Assembly (NCBI RefSeq): GCF_018977255.1
Contig: NW_024704743.1
Span: forward strand, 12,588,001 to 12,652,000
Length of the DNA stretch: 64,000 nt
Reading direction: 5' to 3'
DNA from: Callorhinchus milii
Taxonomy: Eukaryota
Numbering within the stretch: the first letter of the stretch is position 1; each line of letters opens with the position of its first letter. Positions 25,801-37,039 of this stretch are shown in pieces. Below the pieces are notes generated by a model. It ran no database searches. It was not told the origin of the DNA and saw nothing but the letters and a program-made list of their open reading frames with translations. The position numbers and the translations under genes were made by a program.

Positions 25801-28800
25801 TAGACACAAAGTGTTTAACTTGTAATGCTTAAATTTCCATCTCCAATTGATTGCTTTATTGAGGGGTAAATTAAAACATTGCAAATACATAAACTTTCAA
25901 GATTCACAGCAGTTCTTTATTCAATAGCTAATCCCTTGACAGCAGCTAATCTGACAAAATAATTTTCACTTAAAAATTAGTGTTATGCAAATTCTAAAAA
26001 GCAAGTCATTTCGCCAGTAGCAAATGTACTGAGATTCAGTCACAACACACCAGGATTCTGTGTAATGCTGCAACCTCTGCTGAAAAGGTTACTTTAGAGT
26101 AAATTCAGCAGCAGAAATTGCAGATATAAGAACAGGTGAGTGAGTTATTGGTCACCAGTAACTTCCCCAGCTCAAACTACCACCAGAAAAGAAATGACCT
26201 TGGGTTTGTGCCCCTTGTTCTTTTTTTGTCCATATTAAACATAATTTTGAAATTCAATTACTTTCACTTCTATCCATGTGCCCAGTAAGTGAGACTACAT
26301 GTGAGATCGATAGCCTTCACTCATTGGCATATAATTGTATATAAACTAGTTTCTTAGACAATTTGGCGTTTAATTGGAGGTACCATATTTCTTCTTTGAT
26401 TGAATTGGGAGGAGTAGCTTGAGTTTTATCATGCTAATCTACATCAATGCCATTGATAGCTGTCTGGAATCTCAAATAAATACTGACAATTAGAATTGGT
26501 GAAATGTGGTACAAAAGATTAATATATTCTTTTTGGTGTTGGCTATCAAAACACAACCAAATGGTTGTGATTTCTAAAAGGTAATAGCAAATGATTCTAA
26601 CATTTGTTTTATTAGGCTTTGCTGTATTTACTAGTAATTATATGATTTTGAGCAATGTGGTCTATTTTCATTGTATCTTGGTTTATAGTTATTGATGGGA
26701 ATGTTTTTTTCGTATAGTGTGCTGCACCAGATTATTCTTTATAGGAGCAGAGCAGTTTTATTTATTGTTTATTGATTACCTAATATATCTTGCTATTTTG
26801 AATTTTTAGGGTGTGGGACAAAATCATAAGTGGATCCTGCAAAATTTTGGTCTTTGTAGCTCTGGAGATTTTATTAACGTTTAAGATGAAATTAATGGCG
26901 ATTAATAAAGCAGAGAATATTACACAGTTCCTTGAGAATGTAAGTATGTATATCTTTTTCTAGCCTTTAAAGTTTAAAACAGTTTATTTCTGTTTGGCTT
27001 GTGAAAGAGCTTTGAGATGCTGTCTGGCGTGAAGGGCGCTTTATAAATGCAAGTTCTTGTTGAAAGGTATGGATATCAATTGTGACATGATACATTTTTT
27101 AGGTGTTGGTTTGCCATAGGTGAGTTAGTTACATTATGGTGCAATTATGCTGCATTAATTGTTATATTTTTCTATATTTTCAATATAATTTAATTCAAAT
27201 TTATTGCTATATTTTTACATAAATGCATTTTTACAAGCTGTACATTTTGTACATTTTCAATCGATCTTAGAGGCAGAAGATTTAATATCTCGACTGAATC
27301 TGCATCTAAAGTATGGCCTTCTGAACAATATAGTTCACATTCTCACAGCATCTTGGATAAAAGTTTTCTGGATTCATTTTTAAACCAGCAGAACTATAAC
27401 TTTAAAATGTTCTAGCCTTGTTCTGGAGCAGAAATCCAGCTCTAATGAGAATCCAATTTCAGCTACCATTTACTATAGCTAATGTCTGCGCCTGTATTTT
27501 TTCTAAAACAATCCTAGCATTCCATTGAAATCAGAAAAAAATAAGCAAGATCATGAACTGTATCCAAGTTAGCAGACTAACCCGACATTACCGTCCCTGA
27601 TTATTGTCAAGTGTATTAGTAGCCATGTATGTCAAAGTCCCATGAAATGATTTAAGAAATTTTTAACACTTCTAAGTTGAGCTTTAGTAAATATACCTTG
27701 ACCCTGATCTCAGAAAGCACCTTCTACTGGACCAGTGAGATTTTCCATTTCCCCAACCAGCCATCCTGTGGCCTTTTTGTGAGTGTTCCCAAATTATTAT
27801 CTTGAGCCCCACTACAAAAAGAGGGTTTCATTCTATCGATCCAGTTGAACTCAGGTTCCAAAAGAGGATAGGACATGACTAACTCACTGCATCATCTAGT
27901 TTTTCTTGATGATGATATAACAATACTCTCTATATTTTGAATGCTAACTGTAAAGCTGAATATAGGAATATACAGATCCAAGAAACTGCACACAAGAGCT
28001 AAAATGGTTACTCACATTTTTTGTAATTTAGTTCTGCTGTCGGTTAGTGTTTAGAATTCATCAGCTGGTGGCACTCTCATTTCTGACTCAGAAGGATGTG
28101 GGTTCAAGCCTATGTGATGATACTTCAATGCAGTGTTAGGGTTGTACTGCAATGTTTGAGGTGCTGTCCTTCAAAGGGGACGTTAAACTGGGGTCTCATC
28201 TGTCTGTTCAGGTGGACATTAAAGATCCTCTGGCACTATTCAAAAAGCGAAGGGAGTTTCTCCCGGCCAGCATTCACACTGATGAAATTGGGCACTCACT
28301 TCATGGTTGTTTGTGGGACATTAATGTGTGCAGATTAGCTACCATATTAGCCTACAAATAAAATCTTGTTAAGTGCTTTGAAATGTCTCCAAGACGTAAT
28401 AAGGCGCTACACCATATTCAAGGATTATTATATTATAGAATAATAACCATAAATCACAAGAACATAAGGTTAGGATGAATAAGATCTTTTAATCCATTTG
28501 CTCTCATACTTCCAGAATAAACATCTTCCAATTTCAGTATTCAATCATTTCTTAAATTTTGTCTAAGTATTGCAAGAACCACATGTCGACACAACAGCAA
28601 AGATAATTAATAGGGTTTTATTAACTTCTAAATTCTTTGAAACTACATATCTATTATAAAGTTACAGATATAATTGGAAATTATAATGCCTGCTATTAAT
28701 AATATTGAATTCCGATCCTTATTCTTACAATTATGTGTTTTCATTTAGATTCCACAGGAGAATACGGATGCCATTATAAGCAAAGCCATTGACTTGTGGC

Positions 28801-28835
28801 ACAAGCACGTTGGGACCCCTGCACACTCTGTGTAA
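1715..28835 (+). CDS. TBC1D7: TBC1 domain family member 7 (TSC complex subunit), join(1715..1826,2433..2513,6959..7143,17028..17165,18004..18149,26810..26939,28749..28835), 879 nt, 292 aa
   Basis: All introns are GT-AG with consistent phases. The spliced ORF runs [35 protein letters not shown]...[16 protein letters not shown], recognisably TBC1D7. Confidence 0.97.
2433..2513 (+). CDS. TBC1D7: TBC1D7 coding exon 2
   Basis: ttcttgcag acceptor; (D)[26 protein letters not shown](G); donor gtatgt. Confidence 0.95.
2738..2990 (-). mobile_element. CR1-type LINE ORF2 C-terminal fragment
   Basis: [14 protein letters not shown]...[32 protein letters not shown]. Confidence 0.88.
3076..5200 (-). mobile_element. 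L2 LINE, endonuclease + RT fragment
   Basis: [49 protein letters not shown]. Confidence 0.88.
6959..7143 (+). CDS. TBC1D7: TBC1D7 coding exon 3
   Basis: ccctgcag acceptor; ILPPHYESH...[16 protein letters not shown]; donor gtcagt. Confidence 0.93.
7354..8673 (+). repeat. ERV-A 5' LTR (contains a SINE insertion and two minisatellites; AATAAA 8612-8617)
   Basis: Starts TGTAAATAGTTGGG and ends TTTCACA just before the PBS; its first ~310 bp are repeated at 14778-15092. Confidence 0.88.
8323..8510 (-). mobile_element. 5'-truncated SINE inside the ERV-A 5' LTR
   Basis: Reverse complement of the family core and (TTA)n tail. Confidence 0.88.
8678..8695 (+). promoter_or_regulatory. ERV-A primer binding site, tRNA-Arg(TCG)-like
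   Basis: TGGTGACCACGAAGGGAC vs the recalled complement of the vertebrate tRNA-Arg(TCG) 3' end TGGCGACCACGAAGGGAC; one CpG-type mismatch. Confidence 0.8.
8870..10902 (+). pseudogene. gag: ERV-A gag remnant (coiled-coil N-part, Pro-rich linker, capsid-like region, frameshifted CCHC knuckle at ~10680-10720)
   Basis: TGT CAT GTT TGT GGT GAC t GGG CAT TGG GCG CAG ACC TGC = C-X2-C-GD./G-H-X4-C with a frameshift; lies between the PBS and the protease. Confidence 0.7.
11085..14399 (+). pseudogene. pol: ERV-A pro-pol remnant (protease, internally deleted RT, tether, RNase H, integrase)
   Basis: Protease LIDTGS (11139) and [22 protein letters not shown] and YVDD (11881). RNase H YIDGSS..AELAA..WSDSAY..KVKGH..GN. 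Integrase [24 protein letters not shown] and KYKGPF. Confidence 0.92.
14767..15092 (+). repeat. ERV-A polypurine tract (14767-14776) and 3' LTR (14778-15092, truncated)
   Basis: AAGGTGGGGA c TGTAAGTAGTTGGG...; roughly 95% identical by eye to 7354-7665, then homology stops abruptly. Confidence 0.88.
15785..15822 (+). repeat. second PPT plus a 26-bp start of the same LTR
   Basis: GAAAGGTGGGGAC TGTAAATAGTTGGGATTATAGTATAA, identical to the start of the 5' LTR. Confidence 0.8.
17028..17165 (+). CDS. TBC1D7: TBC1D7 coding exon 4
   Basis: gtgccag acceptor; [35 protein letters not shown]...PHL; donor gtaagc. Confidence 0.95.
18004..18149 (+). CDS. TBC1D7: TBC1D7 coding exon 5
   Basis: [15 protein letters not shown]...[21 protein letters not shown](R); donor gtaggt. 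Confidence 0.95.
19304..20031 (+). repeat. ERV-B 5' LTR (GC box 19475-19480, TATAAAA 19492-19498, AATAAA 19717-19722)
   Basis: TGTCA...CCATCGCA termini; direct repeat of 24525-25229. Confidence 0.87.
20034..20054 (+). promoter_or_regulatory. ERV-B primer binding site, tRNA-Lys1,2(CTT)-like
   Basis: TGGTGAC-AACGTGGGGCTCGA vs the canonical TGGCGCCCAACGTGGGGCTCGA used by foamy viruses; 2 nt after the LTR end. Confidence 0.85.
20110..21570 (+). pseudogene. gag: ERV-B gag remnant, 3'-truncated by a deletion
   Basis: ATG 55 nt after the PBS; a coiled-coil segment; [25 protein letters not shown]...EWDSLIMAL resembles the foamy Gag central capsid-like domain. Confidence 0.7.
21570..24020 (+). pseudogene. 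pol: ERV-B pol remnant (RT thumb, tether, RNase H, integrase; protease and RT palm deleted)
   Basis: [62 protein letters not shown] (22557); integrase HH, YWW, Cxx[32 protein letters not shown]. Confidence 0.88.
23649..23720 (+). repeat. 26-bp tandem repeat, ~2.7 copies, inside the ERV-B integrase
   Basis: (C/T)AGACCAGGGTTTTAC(C/T)CCTCAGTGA repeated. Confidence 0.9.
24512..25229 (+). repeat. ERV-B PPT (24512-24524) and 3' LTR (24525-25229; ~100 bp of distal U5 missing)
   Basis: GAGAGGGGGGAAA TGTCATGG...; aligns to the 5' LTR up to TTGGTTGAGTC; AATAAA 25018-25023. Confidence 0.87.
26810..26939 (+). CDS. TBC1D7: TBC1D7 coding exon 6
   Basis: tttttag acceptor; [28 protein letters not shown]...QFLEN; donor gtaagt. 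Confidence 0.95.
28060..28435 (+). mobile_element. old DeuSINE (SacSINE1/AmnSINE1-like)
   Basis: Deu-domain sequence GAGGTGCTGTCC..ACGTTAAACTGGGG..CAGGTGGACATTAAAGATCC..GGCACTATT; similar old copies at ~5790-6065(-) and 31275-31670(+). Confidence 0.75.
28749..28835 (+). CDS. TBC1D7: TBC1D7 last coding exon
   Basis: catttag acceptor; [31 protein letters not shown] at 28833-28835. Confidence 0.95.
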   Translation: MPQENTDAIISKAIDLWHKHVGTPAHSV

Positions 28836-29468
28836 TTGAAAATCATGTTGAATTGTTATTTAATTTGTTAAAGTAGATTTTACAAACAAAAAAATGTCTT
28901 GTAAACTGATCAATCTAATGTGCCAAATGACAGACATTCACATTTGGGTTGTGTTTTCCACTGGAGTAGGTAAACGGTAAAAGTGGTGTGAATGTTTGTT
29001 GGTGTATTGTTTCAATTGGATAGTTCTGATTATATGTTAAGATGTTTCCGAACCTAAGCAGTAATATTGTGGGGTTACACATTTGGACAGTTAAGTTTGC
29101 TGTAATATTAGTAAGCCAAATCACCATCAGTGGAGTTCAGCTGCAGATCACACTGGCAGCTTAAAGATTTTACTTGCCTCACAGAAGACGTCTGGCTATT
29201 GCATGTGCAGGTCCTCAACTATACAGTGGAGCTGAGCTTCATCTTAGTCAGTTTCAATCTTGCCCATCATTTTCTGCCAAACTCTCTTCACTTGTGCTGA
29301 GATGTACCAAGCCGCTGTTGCTAAGATGTACCAAGCTGCTAATTGTTGTGGTATTTAACAAACAGCAGTTGGCTCTTTCTTAGCTGGTAAGTGGTGCTAT
29401 AAACAGTTAATGCACACTATTGCATTCAGGGTGGGCATGGCCCCTCTTCCTGAGCTACAAATGCAAGT

Positions 29469-29840
29469 GGAGTCCTGTATCTTAGTGGTTAGAGCACTCT
29501 CCTCGCAATGAAGAGGACCTGGGTTTGATTCCCGGCAGGATGAAAAGTTGGGCAAGTTTCCTTAATCCACACACCTCTGTTTATCTAGCAGTAAGTAGGA
29601 ACCCGGTTGTTAGTCGATTGTCGGATCGCCTTGCCGGGTGTAATAATTCCTTTTTTTAAAAAAAATTGGTCACTTCAATCGTGACTGTTTGTGGGACACT
29701 GCTGTGTGCACAATTGGCTGCTGTGTTTCGCCCACAAAATATGCAGTCACATCACTTTATAATATATTCTATGAAGCACTTTGAGACGTCTCGAAGACGT
29801 GATAAGGCACTATATGAAATGCAAGGATTATTATTATTTT
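29469..29840 (+). mobile_element. tRNA-derived SINE, full-length long variant (possibly in the TBC1D7 3' UTR)
   Basis: tRNA head, extra CTCTGTTTATCTAGCAGTAAGTAGGAACCCGG module, Deu-derived 3' core, L2-like tail. Confidence 0.88.
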
Positions 29841-30934
29841 ATAATTCTTCCCCATGTAGTCATTTCCCTGTACACAACATATTTTTGTCCATCTGACTTT
29901 TCACCATTCGTTCACAGCTAAATAATTGTTCATGCATTGAGGTCCTTTGACTCCTGCATACAAGTAAACAGATGGACAACAGAACATGATCACCTTTTAC
30001 AATAACATCAGTCTAGAATTCCTCATATTTATAATATTCCTAAGTTAGATAGAGAAATCACAAAGTGAAGAAGAAACTAACAATAATCTTCAGAATGCTC
30101 CATTTGAATTTACCCCTCCACAATACCTTTGCAGTCTCCTACTTTGTCATCAATATTGCATATTGGTCAACTCTCAAGGAGGTATGTTGATTACGAGATA
30201 CATCCCTCACATTTCTGGAGAGAAAACTCCAGACTGATAAAATTAATTCTTAGGAGAAACCAAAATGGGTTCCTAGGTGTGATCTAAACATTCCAGGACA
30301 TTTCTGTGAAACCTAATGGTTGTTTAACCCAAGCGTTTGGTTGTAGGGGGGGCGAGGCTCAATATTCTGAAGGCTTTGAAAGCCTCCTTCTGCTGATCAA
30401 AGAGGGATTTTTAAATATCAAGGACTTAATTTTAACACTGTGCAGTTTGAGTTTCAAACAAACTACATTTTATGTCTAGGAAGGCCATGAATTAATTCCA
30501 TTATCTTCAAGAAATAATGTGCTTTTGAATCAAAGGTAGGTCAAATAATGAATCAATTAATCTTTAAGGCTAGTTCTTTAACCTATGGTGCTATATGATT
30601 TGTACAATTCTAGTGAGGTTGTCGATTTATGCCAGCTTAATAGACACAACAACAGAACCATTTTTGTACATAAAGGGGGAGGGGTTTTAAGCAAAGTAGG
30701 AGGCGAAGAATATCCAGCCGAGGGTCAACTACTCTCCCAAAAGATCGGGTCATATCACTTATTTTGTACTATTGCTTTAATGTAAGGGGATATTAACTTT
30801 GTGCTTGGTGATTGATAAAAAAACTTGATTGTACACACCCGTATGGGTCTGTCTGCTTCTGAACCCTTATAAAATCTTATAAAATCTGTATGTTACTTCT
30901 GTGTTTATTTATGAATAATATGTTGTACCAAATG

Positions 30935-30940
30935 AATAAA
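30935..30940 (+). terminator. candidate TBC1D7 polyadenylation signal AATAAA
   Basis: Hexamer about 2.1 kb after the stop, with upstream TGTA elements and downstream T/GT-rich sequence; other AATAAA hexamers exist nearby. Confidence 0.4.
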
Positions 30941-31274
30941 CCTATTTTGGTTTGATTGAGAACCAGCCTGCAGCAATTCATAATGCATAGTTCCACAGAA
31001 AGAGTCCAGTGCCTGAATTTTCTCATGGTCTTATCCATAAGACCATTATCTTAAAAAAAATTGTGCAGAAATTTGGAAAATACTCAGTTTGGAATAGTGA
31101 TAAGCATGCTTCAACAGGTTGTGGTAAGAATTGCAGTAAACTGACTTCCAAATTAAGACAAAGTTTAAATGTGTTGCAATGTCCTGGAGCAAATTTGTTT
31201 ATTAGAGTTTATTGCTTCACAAGTAATTATGAAATCTGTGTGATGGATGCAAATCAGGATTGGTTATCAGCCTT

Positions 31275-31670
31275 TTGGTTGGTAGCACTCTTGTCTCCAA
31301 GAGGCGAGTGGCTTCATGCCCCATCTTGGGACTTTAAGTCTACACTGAAACTCCACTGCTGTGCTGGGGGGTGTGCAGCTTTGTTGGAGGTGCTGTTCTT
31401 GGGATGAGACATTGGATCCATCTGCCTGTTAGGTGGATGTTAAAGATCCCGTGACACTATTCAAAAAGATAAGAAGTTTCTCTTGAGTGTCGGACCAACA
31501 ATCAATTCCCCTAATAAAATTGGTCATTTGCATCATGGTTGTTTGTGTAACATTACTGTGTGCAAATTGGCTGCCAAGTTTGCCTACATTTTACAGTAAA
31601 TTCTGTGAAGCGCTTTGAAACATCCCCTCAGGTTTAAAGGCACTATATCAAATGCAAGAATTGTTTTTAT
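31275..31670 (+). mobile_element. old DeuSINE
   Basis: GGAGGTGCTGTTC..GATGAGAC..GGTGGATGTTAAAGATCCC..CACTATT plus the family tail. Confidence 0.75.
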
Positions 31671-32719
31671 TACTGTGTGTTGGGTGTACAGATTGGGAGG
31701 CAAAGGAATAAACTCACTGAGAAACTTACACTTGGAGAATTTTATTGTTTGAATGTTTGTACTTTTTGAAAACTGAGTGCAAATGCAGTAGAAGCTCCCC
31801 AGAGATAAATTGTTTAATCTAATATATGCCAATTTAATCTCAGTCCTAATCAATTTCACAAAACCGAGCTGGCCATCCATACTTAAAATAAACTGAACAA
31901 AACGCACTTGTTTTGCTTTCTGCTGAGCAAGAGTTTTGTGATTTAGAAGTTAACCCCATTTCTCTGCATATGAAGAATTAGGAAAAACAAATTGATTCTT
32001 TGATCATTTGTTAAATAGCAAAATTGACTTTTTCCTTTTTTTGTTGCGGTAAATTGATTGTAAAATTCTGCAAATAAACTTTAGAACCCCCAGAGGGCAG
32101 TGCAGCCCTTCCAAATAAAACATAAATTGGTCATTCAGTTGAAATTGCTCAATTTATTTAAAGTGGATGAGTCACTGGATTATTTAACATAGTATTGTAT
32201 TTTAAAGGGCTGCTTTAATTGAAGCAACTGAGCTATTGTTTCTTTTTCTGGAGGTATTCTTAACATTAACAAATGGGATGAGTTTTCCATACATAAGAAT
32301 TAATTGAACTCAAGTGGAAGCAGAAGTAAAGGGAGTCCATTTGGCAGTAACACCCTTTGGATAAGAAGTAAGAAGTCAGCCAGGCTTCCCATTCCTAATT
32401 GTTATGCTAGTAAATGTGCTTTCCATAAATGATGTGAAAACAGGATTGTGTTGTGAGCTTTGATTCTGAAAATGGCTTATCCTGCCAGGAGAAAAAAAAC
32501 GTTTATAATGGATCACAATTCGAGCAGAACTCGGAACACACGTATGTCACCTGTAAAGTGAAAGACCAAGTGCTTTTTTAATATGGTGATAAACCTGGTT
32601 CTATCCTTTAACAATAATTATGAAATGAGAACTAAGCATATTGCTTGGTATCTCCATTCCACTTGTGTATTACAAGTTGTACTTCTGAACGCCATCTCAG
32701 TAGTTCTTGCTCAGTGATG

Positions 32720-33220
32720 TCATGGGGTAAATTTCCACATGTATGTGGATGACACCCAACTCTATCTTGCTGCCTTCACCTCAACTCCAGGACCAATGCT
32801 GTTCTGGCAAATTATCTGTCAGACATCAAGTCCTGGACGAGAGCCAACTTCCTCTGTCTGAATGTTGGCAAGACAGAGGCCCACCTGCTTGGCTCCCATC
32901 AGTCCTGGAGTCCTGTAGCTCAGTGGTTAGAGCACTCGCTTTGCAAGTGAGAGATCTGAGTTCAATTCTAGGCAGAGGGCGAAACCTTGGGCAAGTTTCC
33001 TTACTCCACACAGAGCCTAATAATAATCCCTCCAAAAACACCCAAAACAAAACAATAATAAATTGGTCACTTTCAATCCATGACTGTTTGTGGGACATTG
33101 CTGTGCGCAATTGGCTGCCGCTTTTGCCCACAAATATACAGTCAATTCACTTTACAGTATATTCTGTGAAGCGCTTTGGGACGTCCTCCCGACGTGAAAA
33201 GCGCTATCTCAAATGCAAGG

Positions 33221-33267
<47 letters not shown>

Positions 33268-33890
33268 CAGCGCCTCCTCACCTCATGGGTGCACTCTTCA
33301 CCTTACTGAGCCATTATGGAACATGTTTGACCCTCAGCTTTCCTTTAAACTCCACATTTGTGCTGTGATTCGTTCCACCTTTCCCCCCCTCTGCAACATT
33401 GCCCACCTCTGCCACTGCCTCTCACCATAGGCTGCCGAGACCCTCAGCTTTCATCATGTCCTGGCTTGACAACGCCAACTGCCTGCTTCCTGGACTTCCC
33501 AACTCTTACCCTCACAAGCTGCAGATGACTCAGAACTCCGCAGCTCGTGTACTCTTCTGCACCAGGCTCCGCAAACCAATCACTCCTGTTCTTCTCTGGC
33601 TTCACAGGCTCCCCATCCCGCAGAGAATCAATTCAAAGCTCTCATTCTCACCTTCAAAGCCTCTGTGACCTCCATATCAGCCTGTCCGCTCCCTCCACTC
33701 AGCGGACAAGTCCCGTCTGAAAATCTTCTTTCTCGACCATGCCTTCCTTCGGTGACCCTCCCACCCCCAATGCCCTCCACCCCTCCTGACCCCAACTCCC
33801 AGCCCGGATCCAAAACATAATTGTCCAGTGCTCTAGGATATCTTTCCGACGTGAAGGGCCCTAGACAAGTATAATTTGTTGTTGTTGTTC
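32720..33890 (+). mobile_element. L2 LINE 3' fragment interrupted by a SINE
   Basis: FHMYVDDTQLY, LQMTQNSAAR, LHRLPI, (GTT)n tail. Confidence 0.85.
32907..33267 (+). mobile_element. tRNA(Ala-like)-derived SINE, short variant, with a long (TTA)n tail
   Basis: GGAGTCCTGTAGCTCAGTGGTTAGAGCACTCGCTTTGCAAG..GAGTTCAATTC head; (TTA)n at 33221-33267. Confidence 0.92.
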
Positions 33891-34202
33891 TTGACCAGGA
33901 CTTCTTAGGCTATATAATTCTTCCAAATTGGCTGAAAAGTCAGAAATTTGCTGCTCTAATGTTAGAGGAGGTGATTTGAGGTAATCAGCTTAGGTAAAGC
34001 TTTGACTTGTTCTGATTTGTTACAGAGACTTGTCCTTGAGATGACTCCCTTAATGTATTAAATTAAATGTATTGCAATGTCCTTGAGCAAATGTATTTTT
34101 CAGAGTTTAAAAACCAGAGCAATTATTGCTTCATAAGTAATTATGAAATCTTTGTGATGGGTTGGATGCACTTGTGTCGAATCAGGATTAGTTATCAGCC
34201 TT

Positions 34203-36530
34203 AACATCAACATTTAACTCCTCAAATGGGTCCCTTAACCCCTCAATCGCCCACCCAACCCAACTCCATCTCCTATCGCTCCTGAAAAAAATCTCCCCCT
34301 ACTATCTCTCCGCTGCCTTGGAGTCATCTGAACCCCTCCCCCTCTGGGCTTCCTCCCGCAATGGCCTATTCTCCTCGGTCACTCTCCTCCACAACCCCTC
34401 TCCACCACTCTCGATGCCCTTAGAACCCTCACTTCCTGAACCGTCTCCTACTCACGGAAGTCACTGTGGTACACCAGCCACCTCCACTCCCTTAAAGTTC
34501 AGGTTCGTACCACTGAACAAGTGCCACTGAACGTGCCACTGCAACTGGCTCAAATCCAACTTAACAGTGCTTCGGCAGATCTGGCTGGAACTTATCAAAT
34601 CTTACCATTCCGCCCACACCACCACTAAATCGTCCTTCTACGCCAAGACAATCTTGGAGGCCAAGGATAACCCCAGGCTCCTCTTCTCCAACACCAACCA
34701 GCTCCTCTGCCCACACTTTCACGCCTCGCCCATCCTCTCCTCCAACGACAACTGCGAGGAGAGGCTCGACTTCCTAGAAACTAAAGTAGAGGGGACCTGC
34801 TCAGCTGTCTCTGCCCTTCCGACCACTATCCCCTCCCCATCTCCTACTGACACCCCGGCCCCTACCAATCTCTCCCTTCACACCTTTGAACGTGTCTCCC
34901 TCTCTCACCACCACTGTAACCCACATGAAACTGATAACTTGCTCCCTCGACCCCATCCCCAATCCTCTCCTTACCTCCCAGCTCCACTTTCTTGCCCCCT
35001 ACTCAGACATCATAAACCTCTCCCTTTCCATTGGCACAGTTCCCAGCCCCGTAAAAACAGCTGTCATCACTCCTTTCTTAAAAATCCCTCCCTAGACCCA
35101 TTCCTGTTCTCAAACTACTACCCCATCTCCAACCTCTCTTTCCTTGAAGGTCCTGGAAAGAGTCGTTGCTTCCCAGCTTCGCTTCTTCCTCTCCCACCAC
35201 TCCCTTCATGAACCGTTCCAACCAGGTTTCCGTGCCGCCCACAGCACAGAAACAGCTTTGGTCAAAGGGACAAATGACATTTTGTCCATCTGCGACCAGG
35301 GCTCCCTCTGCCTCCTTGTCCTCCTTGACCTCTCTGCTGACTTTGATACCACTGACCAGTCTATCCTCCTCCACCGCCTCTCCTCTCACCTCAACCTTCA
35401 TGGTTCTGTCCTTGAATGCTTCAGATCCCACCTCTCACATCGTCTCCACTTTATCTCCACAAACGACTTCTCCTCTAGCCCTCGGGGAGTACCTCAGAGC
35501 TCTGTCCTTGGTCCCCTCCTCTTCAATATCTATGCTCCCTTTCGGTGACATCATCTGCAGACATGGGGTCAACTTCCACATGTATGCGGGTGACACCCCT
35601 ACCTCTCTTACCTCCATCCTCAACTCCAGGACCACTGCTGTCCTGACAGAAAGTCTGTCAGAAATCGTCCTGGATTGAGAGCTAACTTTCTGCAGTTGAA
35701 CGTCAACAAAACCGAGGCTCTCCTGATTGGCTCCGTCAGCACCTCCACACCTCAGGCACTGACAGCATCACTATCCAAGGATGCACACTCACCTTACTAA
35801 GCCGGTCCGGAACCTTGGTATCTTGTTTGACCCTTAACTATCCTTTCTACCCGACATCCGTGCCATGACTCGCTCTGCTTTCCCCCACCTCCGCAACATC
35901 GCCCGGCTCCTCCACTGTCTCACACCACAGGCCCTCATACATGCATTCATAACATCCAGGCTCAAATACTCAAACTCCCTGCTTATCAACCTCAACTCCT
36001 TCCTCCATAGGCTGCAGATCGTCCAGAACTCTGCAGCCCGTGTCCTCTCACACTCCTGCTCCGCAACCCTATTACCCCCATCCTCCCTGACTCCACTGGC
36101 TTCCCATCACACAGAGGATACAGTTCAATATCCTGGTCCTCACCTTCAAAGTCCCCCTTGGCCTTGCTCCCCCCTACCTCTGCGACTTCCTAACCCACCA
36201 TCATCCTGCTTGCTCCCTCCGCTCAGGGTGCTCTGGCCTGCTTCACGTCCTCCACCTCACCACTGGCGGGTGGGCCTTTTGCCACTCTACACCCACCCTC
36301 TGGAACTTCATCCCACAATCCCTCCTTCCTCGCCCTCTCCCTTGCTTCCTTGAAGATCCATCTCAAGACCCTCCTCTTCAACCATGCCTTTGTTCACCCT
36401 CCTTATGGCCCTGCCCTCCACCCTCCCCGATCCCAACCCCCAGCTCGGGTACGAAACACTGATTGGCCAGAGCTTTGGGATGTCCTCCCAACGTGAAAGG
36501 TGCTAAACAAATGTAATGTTGTTGTTGTTG
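34203..36530 (+). mobile_element. L2 LINE, 5'-truncated (RT domain to 3' tail)
   Basis: [52 protein letters not shown], (GTT)n tail. Confidence 0.9.
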
Positions 36531-37039
36531 CCATCAGAAAATGCTCAAATTTGTGAACGTAAATATGGATGCATTCACATTCACAACTATTTTATAACAA
36601 AAATAATCAGGCACTTTAGACCTTAGATCCTAGACCTTATGACTTTACTGTGAATGGCTGTGAGCTGACAAGTTTCCTAATATTTGACCACAATAACCTG
36701 CAATCATCACAATGTAAAGGCCTGTTTTGGTTCTTTGTTACTGCACTGATTATTTGTCAGCAATCCACATTGAACACTTCTACCACCTATTAGCCCACCA
36801 TACAACTGCAGTGTTTAATTTATAATACTTGCATTTCATATAGGGCCTTGTCACTTCTGAGAGACGACTCAAAGCACTTCACAGAATATATTGTAAAGTG
36901 AATTAACTGTATATTTTGTTGGCGAAACACGTTAGCCAATTGCACACCATGGTATCCCACAAACAAGGTTGTACTACCTACGTGGATGAAGCTTTAGAGA
37001 AGTTTACATCAAATCACGGTCAAAATAAAGTAAGTCCAT

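Noticed and set aside
32907..32980. tRNA-Ala-like sequence with A and B boxes (also at 29469, 43711, 44160-44232, 56920-56990)
   Set aside because: No proper acceptor stem, and each is followed by the SINE core and tail; these are SINE heads, not tRNA genes
32743..33430. ORFs with poly-Tyr and poly-Ile runs
   Set aside because: Translations of the SINE (TTA)n tail and L2 fragments
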